From the NCBI GenBank assembly GCA_963575745.1, contig CAUYUJ010000081.1, forward strand, positions 434,001 through 498,000: DNA of 64,000 nt, written 5' to 3'. Origin of the DNA: Prorocentrum cordatum. Lineage: Eukaryota. The notes beneath the pieces were generated by a model. That model saw only the letters and a program-made list of their open reading frames with translations. It was not told the DNA's origin and ran no database searches. This document shows positions 1 to 12,819 of this stretch, piece by piece; position 1 is the first letter of the stretch, and the number at the start of each line of letters is the position of its first letter. The position numbers were made by a program, and so were the translations under genes.

Positions 1-899
1 CGTCATATTGCTCGCTGCGTGCAAGCCAACCGACCCTTTTTTCAATATACATATATATATATGTGTGTAAATGTATATGTATACGTATACATATCATGCA
101 CGTTGCCTCCACAGCTGGAGCATGCGCGGGCGCCCCGCGATCACTTTGCATTGGATGTTGGCAAGAACGGAGGGGGTGCTGGCATATTGCTTAAACGTGG
201 AACACGTGTAGCACCTGGCGCGCCTGGCTCGCTTGGGCCTCCAGGGTGCCTGGTGACCTTGGAACCCGTGGCGCACATGGCATGCGTGGCGCTCCTAAGC
301 AATATGATGACATTCCCTCGGGTGTTTGTTGGGAGGGCGGGTGGGAGTTAGCGAGACGGCTTGCGGGCGCAGGGGGGGCCCCATCACTGTTCCATATTAA
401 GATACACCCCCTCCCCCAGGCGACCGGGGGCCGACCAGGAGCCATGCGGACACCATGACCACCCGCCCCCAACCATCCCTGTCAACAAACAATACAAACC
501 ACGCTCTGCCTCCACATTTGGAGCATGCGCGGCCAACCCGATGCGCCCCCCCCCCGGCCATCCCTGTCAAAACACACGCAAAGTGCACATTGGGGCAAAG
601 TCTTGAGTCATATTCGCGAGGCCCGCGAACACTTTGTATTGTTTTTGGCATGGACGGCGGGGGTGCGAGCAGATCCCCTGTGCCGTGCGCAGGGCTACCA
701 TCCCTGACAAAAAATACAACATGCACCTCGCGGCTAAATCTGGATCGTGCGCGGCCATCCCACGATCACTGACACATTGTTTTTGACGATCACTGACACA
801 TTTGTTTTTGCTGTGCGCAGGCCCACCAGACACAACGACGGGCAGTGGTTTTCGACAAGGATGGCGGGGGCCGACATGTTTCCCGATGTGTGCTGTCAC

Positions 900-1110
900 G
901 TGCGCAGGCGCACCTGACGCACCCTGCACGTGCCCCGAACATGGCGCACCTGGCGCGGCTGGAGTGCGCGGCACACCTCGCGCACTCGGAGCACGTGGCG
1001 CATCTGGCGCACCAGGCGTGCCTGGCACGCTCGAGCCCCAGGGGTGCCTGGCGCGCGTGGCGCCCTTGGCACCCGTTGCGCAACTCGCCCAAGCGTCGCG
1101 CACCTGGGGT
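900..1110. repeat. Degenerate 9-bp minisatellite (GGCGCACCT-like)
   Basis: Repeated gcacctggc/ggcgcacct units read directly. Confidence 0.6.
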
Positions 1111-1259
1111 CGGCTTTGGTTCCCAGGAGCTGTCCATCCAAAAACGACCACTGAGCATGCTCAGGCTCGGGAAGGCGGGTGGGAGTGAGCTAGACGGCTT
1201 GCGGGCGGGTGGGTAGCTTGCCCCCTCCCCCTGCCCCCTCCCCTGAGTCTGGTCGGGGC

Positions 1260-1919
1260 GCCCCGCGATGGGTTATTAAAGTGCCCAAGATCGCCCCAGA
1301 TGGCTCCAAGAGGGCTTCAAAGAGTGCAAAAAGGGCCTCCAGTATGGCCCAAGATACTCGAACATGGCTCAAGATCGCCTCCGACATACCTCCAAGAAGC
1401 CTCCAGACGGCCCCGAGGTTTCAAGTGCCCCCCGAACCCTCCAAGGACCCCCCAAAAAAATGCCAACATCGCTCCGAAACAAAGGAAAATTGATCATGTG
1501 TTCCGTCTCGCCTTATCGCTTCCGATTGGCATCGGAGGCCCCAGAAAGGCCAAGTGCTCCAAGAACTGCTCCAAAAAGCCTCAAGACGACATGGTTGAGC
1601 CTCCAGGGGCTGATCATGTTGCCCCTCTCGTTGTGTGCCCCGGGGGCCCACATGGTCCCAAAAGGCATCCCAGAACCCACCCCAAAGAGCCCCAAGAGGG
1701 CCACTAGACCCCCCAAAAGGCCCCAAGAGGGTCCCAAAAGTGCCCCAAGTGTCTCTGCGAGGACCCCAAGAGAGACCCAAGATGGCTCCAAGAGACCTCC
1801 GAGAAAAAACTTCCAAGTCGGTTGTTGCACTGCATGCTTCTACATTCCCTGAACAAGACAACTCACCTGGCAATCTGCGCCTGGATGGGCTGGTGGGGAG
1901 ACGCGAAGCGTCAAGAATT
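1260..1919 (+). mobile_element. Non-autonomous element with CCAAG/GGCCC-rich body and terminal GCGAAGC hairpin (Helentron/HINE-like); 5' boundary approximate
   Basis: Ends in ctggatgggctggtgggga-gacgcgaagcgtc-aagaatt (hairpin 1900-1912). The same terminus is reconstructed at 4911-4930 + 5611-5629. Body resembles 4590-4830 and 37650-38230. Confidence 0.55.
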
Positions 1920-2203
1920 TCTATAGCCGCAGACGCGTGTCATAGTGGACCTGGAATTACAAAAAGGACCCCACCATCATGTTATGCGCAATCGTACAAG
2001 CAGGAGCTGCGCGGTACGACAGCCGAATCGCCGATCCGCGAAGACGCTAGCCTCAAATGTGCTTGCGGCAGGTTAGAAGCTGAAGGGGAACAAGGAGGAC
2101 GAGGAGGACAGGACAGGAGAGGACGGGGAAGGAGGGGAGGGCAGGGGAGGGGAGGGAGGGATCTAGCGAGGGAGGGGGTTGCCGCCGATGTGCCTTCGTC
2201 GGC

Positions 2204-2260
2204 CTGCGCGCACGACAGGAGGAGCCTGTGGTGTTCGGCGTCGGCGTACTTCACCATGAG
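2204..2260 (-). CDS. Candidate host micro-exon (LMVKYADAEHHRLLLSCAQ)
   Basis: Unique island between GGA-rich tracts, GC3-rich codons, gcag acceptor and CAG|gc donor. A plus-strand reading is also possible. Confidence 0.25.
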
Positions 2261-3000
2261 CTGCCACGGAGGCGCGAGGGGGGGAGGAAGTGCAGGGGGA
2301 GGGGAGAGGGGGGGGGGAAGAGAGGGCGAGGAGGAAGAGAGGGGGGGAGGGGAGGAGGCGGAGGAGGAGAGGAAGCAGGAGGAAGAGGAGAAGAGGAGGA
2401 GAGGGAGGGAAAAAAGAAGGAGGAAGGCGCTGAAAGCAAACTGGGCCCCCGCCCGCCCGGGAAGGGAAAACCGCTCGACGATTGAAACAGGAAAGCGCCT
2501 GAGGTAGATTATTGGAATCTGAAATTCGTAGTCGCCGTCGTCGCCGTCGTCTTACCCCTTCAGGGTGGGCGGCACTGGCCGTAAGGCCTTCGCAATAGGA
2601 AGGCGCCTCAGGTAGAGCGGAATCTGCAAATCCAGAGCATCTACGTTCAACACACGATGGGTATCGCTCCTCTGCGTGGGCCGCACGGGCCACACGAGCT
2701 GGCAGCGCGGGCTGCACGAGCCGCGCAGGCCGTGTGCGGCGGCAAGAGCTGCACGGGGGCCGCACCAGCACCAACTGCACGGGGGCCGCAAAGACCGCGT
2801 CAACTGCACGAGCCGCCGGCTGGTGTGACCTTCCATGAGACGTGGCGGCTCTGGTTGCAATCTTTGTCAGACTACGGCTTGCGTCGGAACGATACCGTGC
2901 AACATAGATCTCCGAACAGCGCGCTACACCTGTGAGGCGAACCCCCCGCGGGGGACCCTTGTGTGTACGTTATCCCTCTGCCAGGGTTTCTGCGGTGCAC

Positions 3001-3310
3001 GTTATCCCCAAGGTGGGGGATAGCGTGTAAGAGGCCGGCTGGAGGCGCCACATCGCACGCTACCTGTCAAATGCCAATCGTAGATCACGAGTGGTCCAAC
3101 TCAGGGCCTGGCTAAGGCCGGCTCGCGGACCATTCCGGGACGGGCTCAGGGACTGGCGACCCCACATCGGACAGTATCTTCGCAATGCCATACACACACA
3201 TACATATATATCTATATATATATATATATATACGCACGCATAGGTATCAGGTGGCCCAACTCGAGAACTGGCTCGGGGACAAGCTTCTGCCTCACGTCCA
3301 GGGGCGACGC
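3001..3310 (+). pseudogene. Decayed ORF remnant with a two-copy peptide repeat, interrupted by a (CA/TA)n expansion
   Basis: Translates WRRHIARYLSNANRRSRVVQLRAWL and later WRPHIGQYLRNAIH-[microsatellite]-RYQVAQLENWL. Confidence 0.35.
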
Positions 3311-3840
3311 TCGACCCTGGCCCTGCCGAGGCGTACCAGGCCGTTCCGAGCGCCCGCCTCCCTGCCGACCCTTCCCCGAGGCTGCCCGCCTGAAAATAAA
3401 GGGACGTCAGTGCAACGTGTGCAGGGCAATGTACGCGGCGCGAGGGAGCCTAGGATTCGACGAGTCGAGATTGGCCTCGCGCGCGCCCGCGCAAGGGCAC
3501 GGCGCCCAGGCAGAGAAGATGGCGGCCACCGACGACGACGGCGACGAAAACGCACGACGACGACGACGAGGACGGCAAACAGCACGACACCGGCGTCCGC
3601 GACGACAGACAAACACACGCAGCGACGCGGAACGCAGTGTGAGGGAGGGAGGGAGCAGGGGAGGAGCAGGAAGAGGAGGCAAGGCGACGCCGGCCGCCCA
3701 GGACACGCGCGCCTCCAGCCTGACCCAAGGGTCCCCCGCCCTGCACCCCTTCGGGCGCATGAGCACCGCGCGGAGGGACCAGGCTCCTGCGGAGCAAAGG
3801 GGGGAGGCTGGGGAGAGGAGGAGGGAGAGGGGAGGGGGGG

Positions 3841-3890
3841 CAAGCTAGGCGCGCAAGCGTCATGTCTGACGTCCTACCCCTTACCATTGC
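3841..3890 (+). repeat. Dispersed repeat terminus (CAAGCTAGG family), short copy
   Basis: caagctaggcgcgcaagcgtcatgtctgacgtcctacccc matches 5740, 27641 and the reverse complement at 11740-11774. Confidence 0.7.
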
Positions 3891-4059
3891 GTGGGTACCC
3901 TCCCTGTTCGCACAGTCGGATGTCGAACAACGCAGTGACCCCGAGAGAATACGCGATGCATGGCATAGCGCGGCATAGCATGGCAGCCAGAAGGAAGCCG
4001 GCAATGACACAGGATGGTAAATCCAAATGGGCGGTTTGGAAACAGGGAAGCGAAACGTG

Positions 4060-4255
4060 AGACCAAAGCTGAAGCAGGAGCACGATTTCAAGGACCGAAA
4101 CCGCGGAATTGAGACCAACGCTGCAGTAGGAGCACGATATGGGAAGACTGGAAGCGCAGAACCGAAACCAACGCTGCAGCAGGAACACGAATTGGAAGAA
4201 CCGTAACATGAAATGAAGTGAGCGCTGCAACGGGCACGTGATTTGGAAGGACTGG
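4060..4255. repeat. ~51-bp degenerate tandem repeat, about 4 copies
   Basis: Recurrent accaacgctgcagcaggagcacgat-like units. Confidence 0.55.
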
Positions 4256-4336
4256 GAACGGGTCAGTGGATCAACGTTGTAGCGGGAGCGCCGTCCTGAA
4301 AGGACTGAAAACGTTTGGGTTGGAAAAGCACATGTT

Positions 4337-5629
4337 AATCCCACCGGTTTTTTGGCGACACGTGGTCCAAGGAGGGTCTCTTTCCTCTTCCACAACCCGT
4401 CTTCCCTTCGGGGAGGGGAACCCTCCCCCTCCCCTCCCTGAGGTTTTTGGGAGGGGCCGCGAAGTGTCAGAGGGCCCTTTTTCTCGGCCCCTGGGAGGGC
4501 CCATATTTGACACCTCTCACGAGGATCGTGGCCCCCGAGGGGGCGACAAACATTTAGTCCCCCCCCCCTCTTTTCGCCGACCGCCTCCAAAAGGGCCCCA
4601 AGAGGCCCTCCCGGACTCCCGAGAGGCTCCCAAAAGGGCCCGAAGAGCGCCCCAAGAAACCTCAAGAGGCCTCCGAGAGGCACCCCAGAGGCCCCCGAGA
4701 GGCCCCCGAGCGGCCTCAGAAAGCACAAGATGACCTCCAAGATGGCTCAGATAGCCCAAGCTGGCTCAAGATGGCTCCCAAGATGCTCCAAGCGGCCCCA
4801 AGACCCCTCCAAAACGGCTCGAGATGGCCATGGAGTCTCCCAAGCCTTCCTCGCTGTTTGACTATGCGTGTCTCTTTCTCTCCCCCCGTCAACTCTCATG
4901 GGCATCGTTTCTGGATGGGCTGGTGGGGATTTTTGCTCGTGGGCGCGCAGGGGTGCCAGGCGCCGTCCAGAAACGCGGCAAACCAGCAATGGCCTAAATT
5001 CCGCACAAGAGCGCACAGGAGCGCAGTGGACCAGAAAGAGCCACTGGTCGAAGTGCAGCGCCAAAACGGCGAAGTTCATGAAGTCCGCGTACTCGAAGAC
5101 CGCCGTGACGTAGCCGACGAGAACGACGAACAGCGACATGCAGGCGCTCAACGGAGTGGGCTCCGGATCGCCAAGCGCCGACAAGGGCCAAGGCAGGGGC
5201 GTGGAAGCGGCGGAAGCGCCACCACGGGCGGGGGGACAGGGAGAAGGCAGCGCCAAGGCGGCCCAGAGGCAGCAGAGGCGGGGGACCAGCGGAAGAAGGC
5301 CGCACACCTGCGATGGAAGCGGCGAGGGCCAACGCCAGAGACAAAAGCCGACCCTGGGGAAGGCGACGTGGGGGAGAACCGGGTGTGCGTAAACCCCGGG
5401 CGGGCAGAGGCAGCGGGCTCAAGGCGAGCCGCAGGCCCAGGAGCCCTGGGGAACCCCGAAATGGGAGGGGCGAGCAGGCGAGCCTCGGGCGCGACCAGGG
5501 TGGCCGCGACGAAGGATGGCCCGCAGCCCTGCCTCCAGGGCCGGGGGGGGGTCCCACCGACCTCATGCGCAAGGCTGGGGCGGCGGGGGAAGATCGTGGC
5601 TGGTGGGGATACCCAAAGCGTCAAGAATT
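4337..5629 (+). mobile_element. Second copy of the hairpin-terminated non-autonomous family, interrupted near its 3' end
   Basis: Removing 4931-5610 restores ctggatgggctggtggggatacccaaagcgtcaagaatt, which differs at 3 positions from 1881-1919. Confidence 0.6.
4931..5597 (-). mobile_element. 5'-truncated retroposed insertion (LINE/SINE 3' end) with 13-bp TSD
   Basis: GGCTGGTGGGGAT is duplicated at 4918-4930 and 5598-5610. A short T run at 4930-4934 corresponds to an A tail on the minus strand. Confidence 0.7.
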
Positions 5630-5739
5630 GTCAACTCGGCGGCATCCTGTGTGCAAAAAACGATACGAGGAGGAGACCAGGACACCTCACCGGCGTCTTC
5701 GGGGGAGAGAGGAAAACAGTATTCATATCATGTAATTGT

Positions 5740-6140
5740 CAAGCTAGGTGCGCTCGCGCCAAAGCTGACACCCTACCCCCCCCCCACCCATCCCTTCCCT
5801 TGTCGCTGAGTCGGTTCTTGATCTGCGGGCGCGTGTCATAGCGGACCTGCAATTCCAAGAGGGATCCCGTCGTGTGGCGGATGAGCAGGAAGATGATCAG
5901 GAAGAAAAGGTGGAGGATGAGGAAGAAAGAGGACGAGGAGGAACAGCAACAGCAGGAGCTGTAGTGGAACGAGCGGGAGGAGCAGGAGGACCAGGGCAAG
6001 GCAGGGAAGGGAAATGAGGGGGGCGACAGTAATAAAAAACGGACTCGGATCCAGAAAATTTGCCCGCGCTCAGGCGAGAGCACCATTCTAAACGACGGGA
6101 GCAAAACGCCGATCCTGAAATGAGGCACACGCTGAAGGAG
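5740..6140 (+). mobile_element. Dispersed ~0.4-0.5 kb repeat (CAAGCTAGG family)
   Basis: Both the terminus and an internal segment (ggactcggatc...gaaatgaggcacacgctg) are homologous to the inverted copy at 11235-11774. Confidence 0.65.
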
Positions 6141-6389
6141 GAACACCGAGAACGATCGGATCTTAAAAAAAGCGGAGGGGGTCGACTACCCTCCAGACGG
6201 AATCGGGGAAGAAGGATAGTATTTAGAATTTGTGATTGTGACGAAAAGGGAAGGGGAAGGCGAAGGGGAAGGCGAGGGGAGAGGAGGGAAGGAGGGACGC
6301 TGGAGGAGGCAGGGAGGGGGCGAGGGGGCGGGGAGTGCGAGGAGGGATGAGGATCGAAGGGTAGGGAGGAGCAGCAGCACAAGCAGGTG

Positions 6390-6694
6390 AAGTGGCGCTC
6401 GCCTTCCTTGCTCCTGCGTCTGCTCCTAATGACCATGTCTGTGCCGATGTCTCTGCCACCGCTGCGCATGAAGACCATCCGCCTCCTCATCATCCTGCTC
6501 CGCCTCCTCAGCCTCCTCTTCCTCCGCCTTATCGTCATCATCGACATCATCATCAGCATCAAAAACATGATGGTGATGATGCTGAGCACCACCATCAGCA
6601 TCATCATCATCTCCAGCATCACCCTCATCGTCATCATTATCATCAGCAGCATTATCAGCATCAACATCATCATCAGCATCAGCATCATCATCAA

Positions 6695-6735
<41 letters not shown>

Positions 6736-7241
6736 GCAGCAGCATCACCAACACCATCAACATCGTCGCTATGATCATCATCAACAGTACCATCATCATC
6801 GCCGGAAATGGCGTCACCATGTTCAAAACCATCCGAACATGATCCAAATCGTCGCCGCCGTCGTCGAAACCCACGGTAGAATCAGAATGTACCACATCAT
6901 CCGCATCGTCATCATGGTCCCCAGTATCCGCATCGTCGTCATAACCCGCTTACTACTCAACAAACTCATCAACATGACCATCAACGTTACCAACCTCATC
7001 AGCGAGGTCGTTGCCGCCGTAAGCATCATCACCAGCATCATCAGCATCATCAGCATCAACATCAGCATCAGTATCATCAGCATCACCATCATCAACACCA
7101 CCAGCATCATCATCACCAGCATCTCCATCATCACCATGATGGTGATCATCATCATCATCGTCACGATCAGCATCATCAACATCATCATCACCATCACCAA
7201 CACCGTCACCATCATCGAAATCACCATCATTGCAGCCACGA

Positions 7242-7272
<31 letters not shown>

Positions 7273-7870
7273 CATCATCAGCATCATCAACATCATCAAT
7301 ATCATCATCAACACCACCAGCATCATGATTGTCACAATCACCATGACCATCAGCATCGTTATCATGGTCACCAGCATTATCATCACCGTCAGCATCATCA
7401 TCAGCAGCGGCATAATCAGCATCATCATCAGCACCATCGTCACCAGCATCATCAGCATTATCAGCATCACCATCATCATCATCAGCGGCCGCATCATCAT
7501 CATCAGCATCATCATCAACATCGACATCATCGTCATAGTCAGCATCATTAGCAGCATCATAATATGTATCAGCACCAACATCACCATCATCGTCGTCATC
7601 ATCATCAACATCATCTTCCCTGACCTCATACGGTCCTACAATTATTCATCCTACTCATCCTCACCCTCCCCCTCCTCGTCATCAGTATTATCATCATCAC
7701 CGCCAGGGTCATCATCATTAGCATCACCACCAACATCATCATCAGCATTACAATCATCATCATCATCACGATCACATGCATCATCAACAGCATCATCAAC
7801 AGCATAATCATCATCAGCGTCACGATCAGCATCAACATCATAAACATCATTAGCATCATCGATCAGCTTC
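6390..7870. repeat. Degenerate (CAT)n microsatellite
   Basis: Continuous catcat/cagcat triplets. Confidence 0.95.
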
Positions 7871-8269
7871 ATTCCTCATTATGCTTTTCTCTCCGCCCCC
7901 AAGCATGCCACCCTTCCCTGCCTTCATCACACCGCTACCACAGATGGCCTAACGTCTCCGTGTGCCTGCCACCTCTCACCTTCAACCTCCCCTTCCCCCT
8001 CATCCTCCCCCTCCTAAACAATTCAACAAGATAAATACAACTCTCTCTCCTCCCCTGGAGCTGCCCCGAAGATCTCCCGCCCCCTCAGCGTGCTCAACAT
8101 GTGTTTATTGTGTCTGTGTGTGTTTTAAGTCATCCGATTGCTCCCCATATCCTAAGATGGGGTTCTTGTTATTCCCCACATCCCAAGATGGGGTTATTGT
8201 TTTTACTTGGACGCCTCCTACTCCTCCTCCTTCTTCTTCTTCTTCTCCTTCTCCTCCCCTCTCCTCCTC

Positions 8270-8810
8270 ATACCAAGACTTACTCATAAACAAACTGATT
8301 CACACTCAGACTTACTCAGACACAGACTTACTCACACACAAAATTACTCATACTCAGACCTACTCATACTCAGACCTACTCCTACTCAGACTTACTCATG
8401 GTGAGACTCACGCACGCCCTGTTCGCGGCCGTTTTGTGGGGATGCCTCCAGCGGTTTGTTTGTTCCCCATATCCTAAATATGGGGTTCTTGCTCCCCATA
8501 TCCTAAGTATGGGGTTCTTGTCATTGGCGGACCGAGCCGGAGGAACAGAGAGAGAACAGAACACACCACTCCTCTCACTCAGACCCACTCACTCATCACT
8601 CAGACCCACTCATCACTCAGACCCACTCATCACTCAGACTCACTCATCACTCAGACTCACTCATCACTCGGACTCAGTCATGACTCAGACTCATCACTCA
8701 TCACTTAGACTCACTCATCACCCAGACTCACTCATCACTCAGACTCACTCATCACTCAGACTCACTCGTACTTGTACTCATACATTCACTACACTCACTC
8801 AGGTCCACTC
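8270..8810. repeat. (ACTCAG/ACTCATC)-type simple repeats
   Basis: Repeated tactcagac and cactcagactcactcat units. Confidence 0.8.
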
Positions 8811-8869
8811 ATCGGATGACTCACACACACTGATGTTGAGGATGTTTCAGGCGATTCTGTGGCTTCAGC

Positions 8870-11212
8870 ACTCCTAAGGGGAGCGGCGGGGGGGTGTTTC
8901 ATTCGGCCCCTTTCGCAGGATTTTGTGGGGATGTCTCGAGCGGTTTGCCTGTTTTCTGTCCCAATATCCTGCGCTTTCGGAGCAGATTTGGAGGATGTCT
9001 CGAGCGAGGCGCTCATTTTCACGTTCCTAAGGGGAGCGGCGCGGGGGTGTTTCACTCGGCCCCTTTCGCAGGATGTTGTGGGGATGTCTCGAGCGGTTTG
9101 CCTGTTTTCTGTGCCAACATCCTTCGCTTTCGGAGCAGATTTGGAGGATGTCTCGAGCGAGGCGCTCATTGTCACCCCCCAGGTGGGCCAGATTTTGAGG
9201 ATGTCTCGATCGGTTTGCTTGTTTTGGTGGCCAGGCTCGTGGGCGCAGATTCTTCTCAGGATGCCACAGGAGGCTCCAACAGGCTCCAGGAGGCCCCAGG
9301 AGACCACATGAGGTCCCAGGAGGCATCAGGAGGCCACAGAAAGACTCAAGAGGCCACAGGATGTCCCAAGAGGCTCCAGGAGGCCCCAGGAAGCTCCAGA
9401 AGGCCTCAGGAAACCACAGGAGGCCCCAGGAGGCAACAGGAAGCGCCTGGAGGCCTCGGAAGGCAACAGGAGGCCCCGAGAGGCCCCAGGAGCAGGAGGC
9501 CTCAGAAGGCAACAGGAGTGGCTCCAATCCCATGTGTTTTACGTATGCTCCTATCGATTGGGCCTCACCTGGAGCAAGATTATTTGATGTTATACGTATG
9601 TTTCTATATATTGTCCTTCTCCTGTGTACACAATCCTACATGTTTTACTTATGTTCCTATATGTTGGGCCTTCCCTGGGGCACGAGTCCATGGTGTTTTA
9701 TGCGGGTTCCTATAGATTGCCCTTCCCCTGTGGCTCTAATCCGCAATGTTTTATGTACGTCTGTTGCTATATATTGCGCCTCTCCTGGGGCACGAAACCT
9801 CCCTAGGATGTCCCACGAGGCCCCAAGAGGCTCCTGGAGACCCCAGGAAGCCCCAGTAGGTTTCAGGAGGCCCCAGGAGGCCCCAGGCTCATGCACAGAG
9901 ACGCGCTCGTACTACTGAGGCTCATTCACACTCCAATTCATTCGCAGTTAAATTTATGTCCAGACCGTCACAACTGAAGCCCGTTTATCTTCGAAAGCTC
10001 TTGCGCCTAGACATTCACGGCGGACAGGTCCATGCGAATAGATGCACATATTGGGAGCTCCACGCAGTGAATGATTTTCTGTCCCAACATCCTTGGCTAC
10101 CAGAGCAGATTGTGAGGATGTCTCAGGCGGGGCGCTGGTTTCAGCTCCCCCTGAGGGGAGCCGCCAGGGGCAGATTTGGAGGATGTCTCGAGCGAGGCGC
10201 TCATTATCACCCCCCTAAGGGGAGCCGCCAGGGGTTATCTCACGGTCCCGTTCGCGGACGTTGTGTGGGGATGTCTCGAGCGATTTGCCTCTTTTCTGTC
10301 CCAACATCCTTCGCTTTCGGAGCAGATTTGGAGGATGTCTCGAGCGAGGCGCTCATTTTCACCCCCCAGGTGGGCCAGGTTTTGAGGATGTCTCGATCGG
10401 TGGCCAGACTCGTGGACACAGATTCTCCTCAGGATGCCACAGGAGGCTCCAACAGGCTCCAGGAGGCCCCAGGAGACCACATGAGGTCCCAGGAGGCATC
10501 AGGAGGCCACAGAAAGACTCAAGAGGCCACAAGATGTCCCAAGAAGCTCGAGGAGGCCCCAGGAAGCTCCGGGAGGTCTCAGGAAGCCAAAGGAGGCCCC
10601 AGGAGGCAACAGGAAGCGCCAGGAGGCCTCGGAAGGCAACAGGAGGCCCCGAGAGGCTCCAGGAGCAGGAGGCCTCAGAAGGCAACAGGAGTGGCTCCAA
10701 TCCCATGTGTTTTACGTATGCCCCTATAGCACGAATCCTTGATGTTATACGTATGTTTGTCCTTCTCGTGTGTACTTATTTCCTATAGGGCCTCTCCTGG
10801 GGCACGAGTCCATGGTGTTTTACGTGTGTCCCCCCCTTCTCCTGTGGCTACAATCCGCAATGTTTGATGTACGTCTGTTGCTATAGATTGGGCCTCTCCT
10901 GGGGCAAGAATCCTCCCTAGGAGGTCCCACGAGGCCCCAGGAGGCCCCAAGAGGCTCCTGGAGGCCCCAGGAAGCCCCAGTAGGTTTCAGGAGGCCCCAG
11001 GAGGCCCCAGGAGGACCCAGGCTCATGCGCAGAGACGCGCTCGTACTACTGAGGCTCATTCATACTCCAATTAATTCGCAGTTAGATTCATGACCAAACC
11101 GTCACAACTGAAGCCCGTTTGTATTCGAAAGCTCTTTCGCCGAGACATTCACGGCGGACAGGTCCATGCGAATAGATGCACATATGGCGAATTCCATGCA
11201 GTGAATAATTTT
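8870..11212. repeat. Two diverged tandem copies of a ~1.15-kb composite unit with internal CAGGAGGCCC 10-mers
   Basis: atgccacaggaggctccaacagg occurs at 9261 and 10434. acgcgctcgtactactgaggctcattca occurs at 9901 and about 11036. Confidence 0.85.
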
Positions 11213-11234
11213 CCGTGTGTTGACATGATGATCC

Positions 11235-11774
11235 AGCTGCAGCGTGGGCTTCATTTTCGGAACGGCGCATTGAATGCGCGTTCGCCCCAGCGCGGGGCAC
11301 TTTTCTTGATCCGAGTCCTGCTTCATTGTGGTCCCCCTCCTCCGCCTTCCCGTGGTCCTTCTGTTCCTCCCACTCCTTCCACTCTATTTCCTGCTGCTGC
11401 TGTTCGTCTCGCCCCAGCGCGGACCACTTTTCTGAATCCGAGTCTTTCGTCATCGTTGTCGCCCCCCTTCTTTCCCCTCCTCCGCCGTCCCCTGGACTTC
11501 CTTTTCCTCCCGACCCTTCCGCTTCACTCGCTGCAGCTGCTGCTGTTCGTCCTCATCCAGTTCCTCCCACTGCTCCTCCCGCTCACCCGCCACCTCCTTC
11601 TCCTCCTGTGTACCCAGCTCCCCTTCTCCGATTGCGCATACGAGGAAATGGCATTTCTGTGGGAATTGCAAGTCGACTGCGACACGCGTCCGCGGATGAT
11701 GAAACATCCACGCTATGGAAAGGGATGGGAGGGCGGGATAGGATGTCAGATGAGGCACGAGCGCACCTAGATTG
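11235..11774 (-). mobile_element. Inverted copy of the CAAGCTAGG dispersed repeat
   Basis: Reverse complement aligns by eye to 5740-6140 and 27641-27752. Confidence 0.65.
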
Positions 11775-12819
11775 ACCCCCTCCCCCTCTGATCCTCCCAC
11801 CCCCGCCCCAACACCCCATTTTCCTCCTAATATGAGCCTTACCCTCCTACTTTCCAATCCTACTTGCCGTCGCCCCGGAGGGGTCCCCCTCCTTCTGGCG
11901 CGGACGGGATGTCGATGAACACGGAGCTACCCTTGTGGCGGGCGACGCGCGAGTCTGGCACCTCGCGGGGAGGGAGAGGGGGAGGCCGAATGGCAGGCGG
12001 GTCGGGTAAAAGCAAAGGCGCTGGGACGGTCATCGCGGAATAGGCATGCCACTTGAAACTCTGCGCGGACAACATAGGTGCACAAGGCCATTGCGCAGCC
12101 GCGCTCATGGGACATCATGGCCGAGGCGGAAGGGGGGGCGGGGACGGCGGGATACTGAGGGGGACCACGATCAAACCCAACATGCATCAACGACGCTGCA
12201 ACACACCCTCTGTTCCCGAGACAAGTCCTCTCGAGTCCTTTTCCAACATTCCTCTTCACGGGAGTCGCCCCCTTGAAAAAAGAAACCCGCATAGGCCCGC
12301 CAGGGAATGAGAAAAAAACAAAAAAGGAGGGAGAGGGGAGGGAGAGAGGGAGGTCGACGACCAGTGAGAGAAATACGGCTCTGCCTCGCTCTGGTCGGAG
12401 TCCCAGCCCTGGAAATTTAAACGAGCACCAGAAATCCAAAAACAGGGAAGAGTCCCAGCCCTGGAAAGGGAAGAGTCCAGCCCTGGAAAGGGCGCCCGTA
12501 GCCCGACCCTGGAGAAGGAAAACCACAACCCTGGAAGCCCCCGCCCGAAAAATAAAAAGGACGGCAAGTGGAGGAGGAGGAGGAAGAGGAGGAGGAATAC
12601 AGGAAGAGGAAACTCGTGCCCGGCACGGCGCATTACGCAGACGCTCGGCGCATCCCGCCGGCGCCGAGCGGCCAGTGCCCCGAGCGTTGAAAAGCCCGGC
12701 AAGAGCAGAACGAGGAAAAGGGAGGAGGAAAAGGAGGCGAAGGAGCGCGAGGAACAGTAGGCCCGTCGTCTTGGGTGGCAAAGGCAAACGGCGCCAAGCA
12801 CATGAATGTCTGCCGATTG

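Noticed and set aside
1364..1373. TGGCTCAAG as an SL relic (also near 4762)
   Set aside because: Embedded in CCAAG/ATGGCTCCAAG repeat bodies, with no upstream SL match and no following ORF.
6390..7870. His-, Ile- or Met-rich ORFs
   Set aside because: Translation of a (CAT)n microsatellite.
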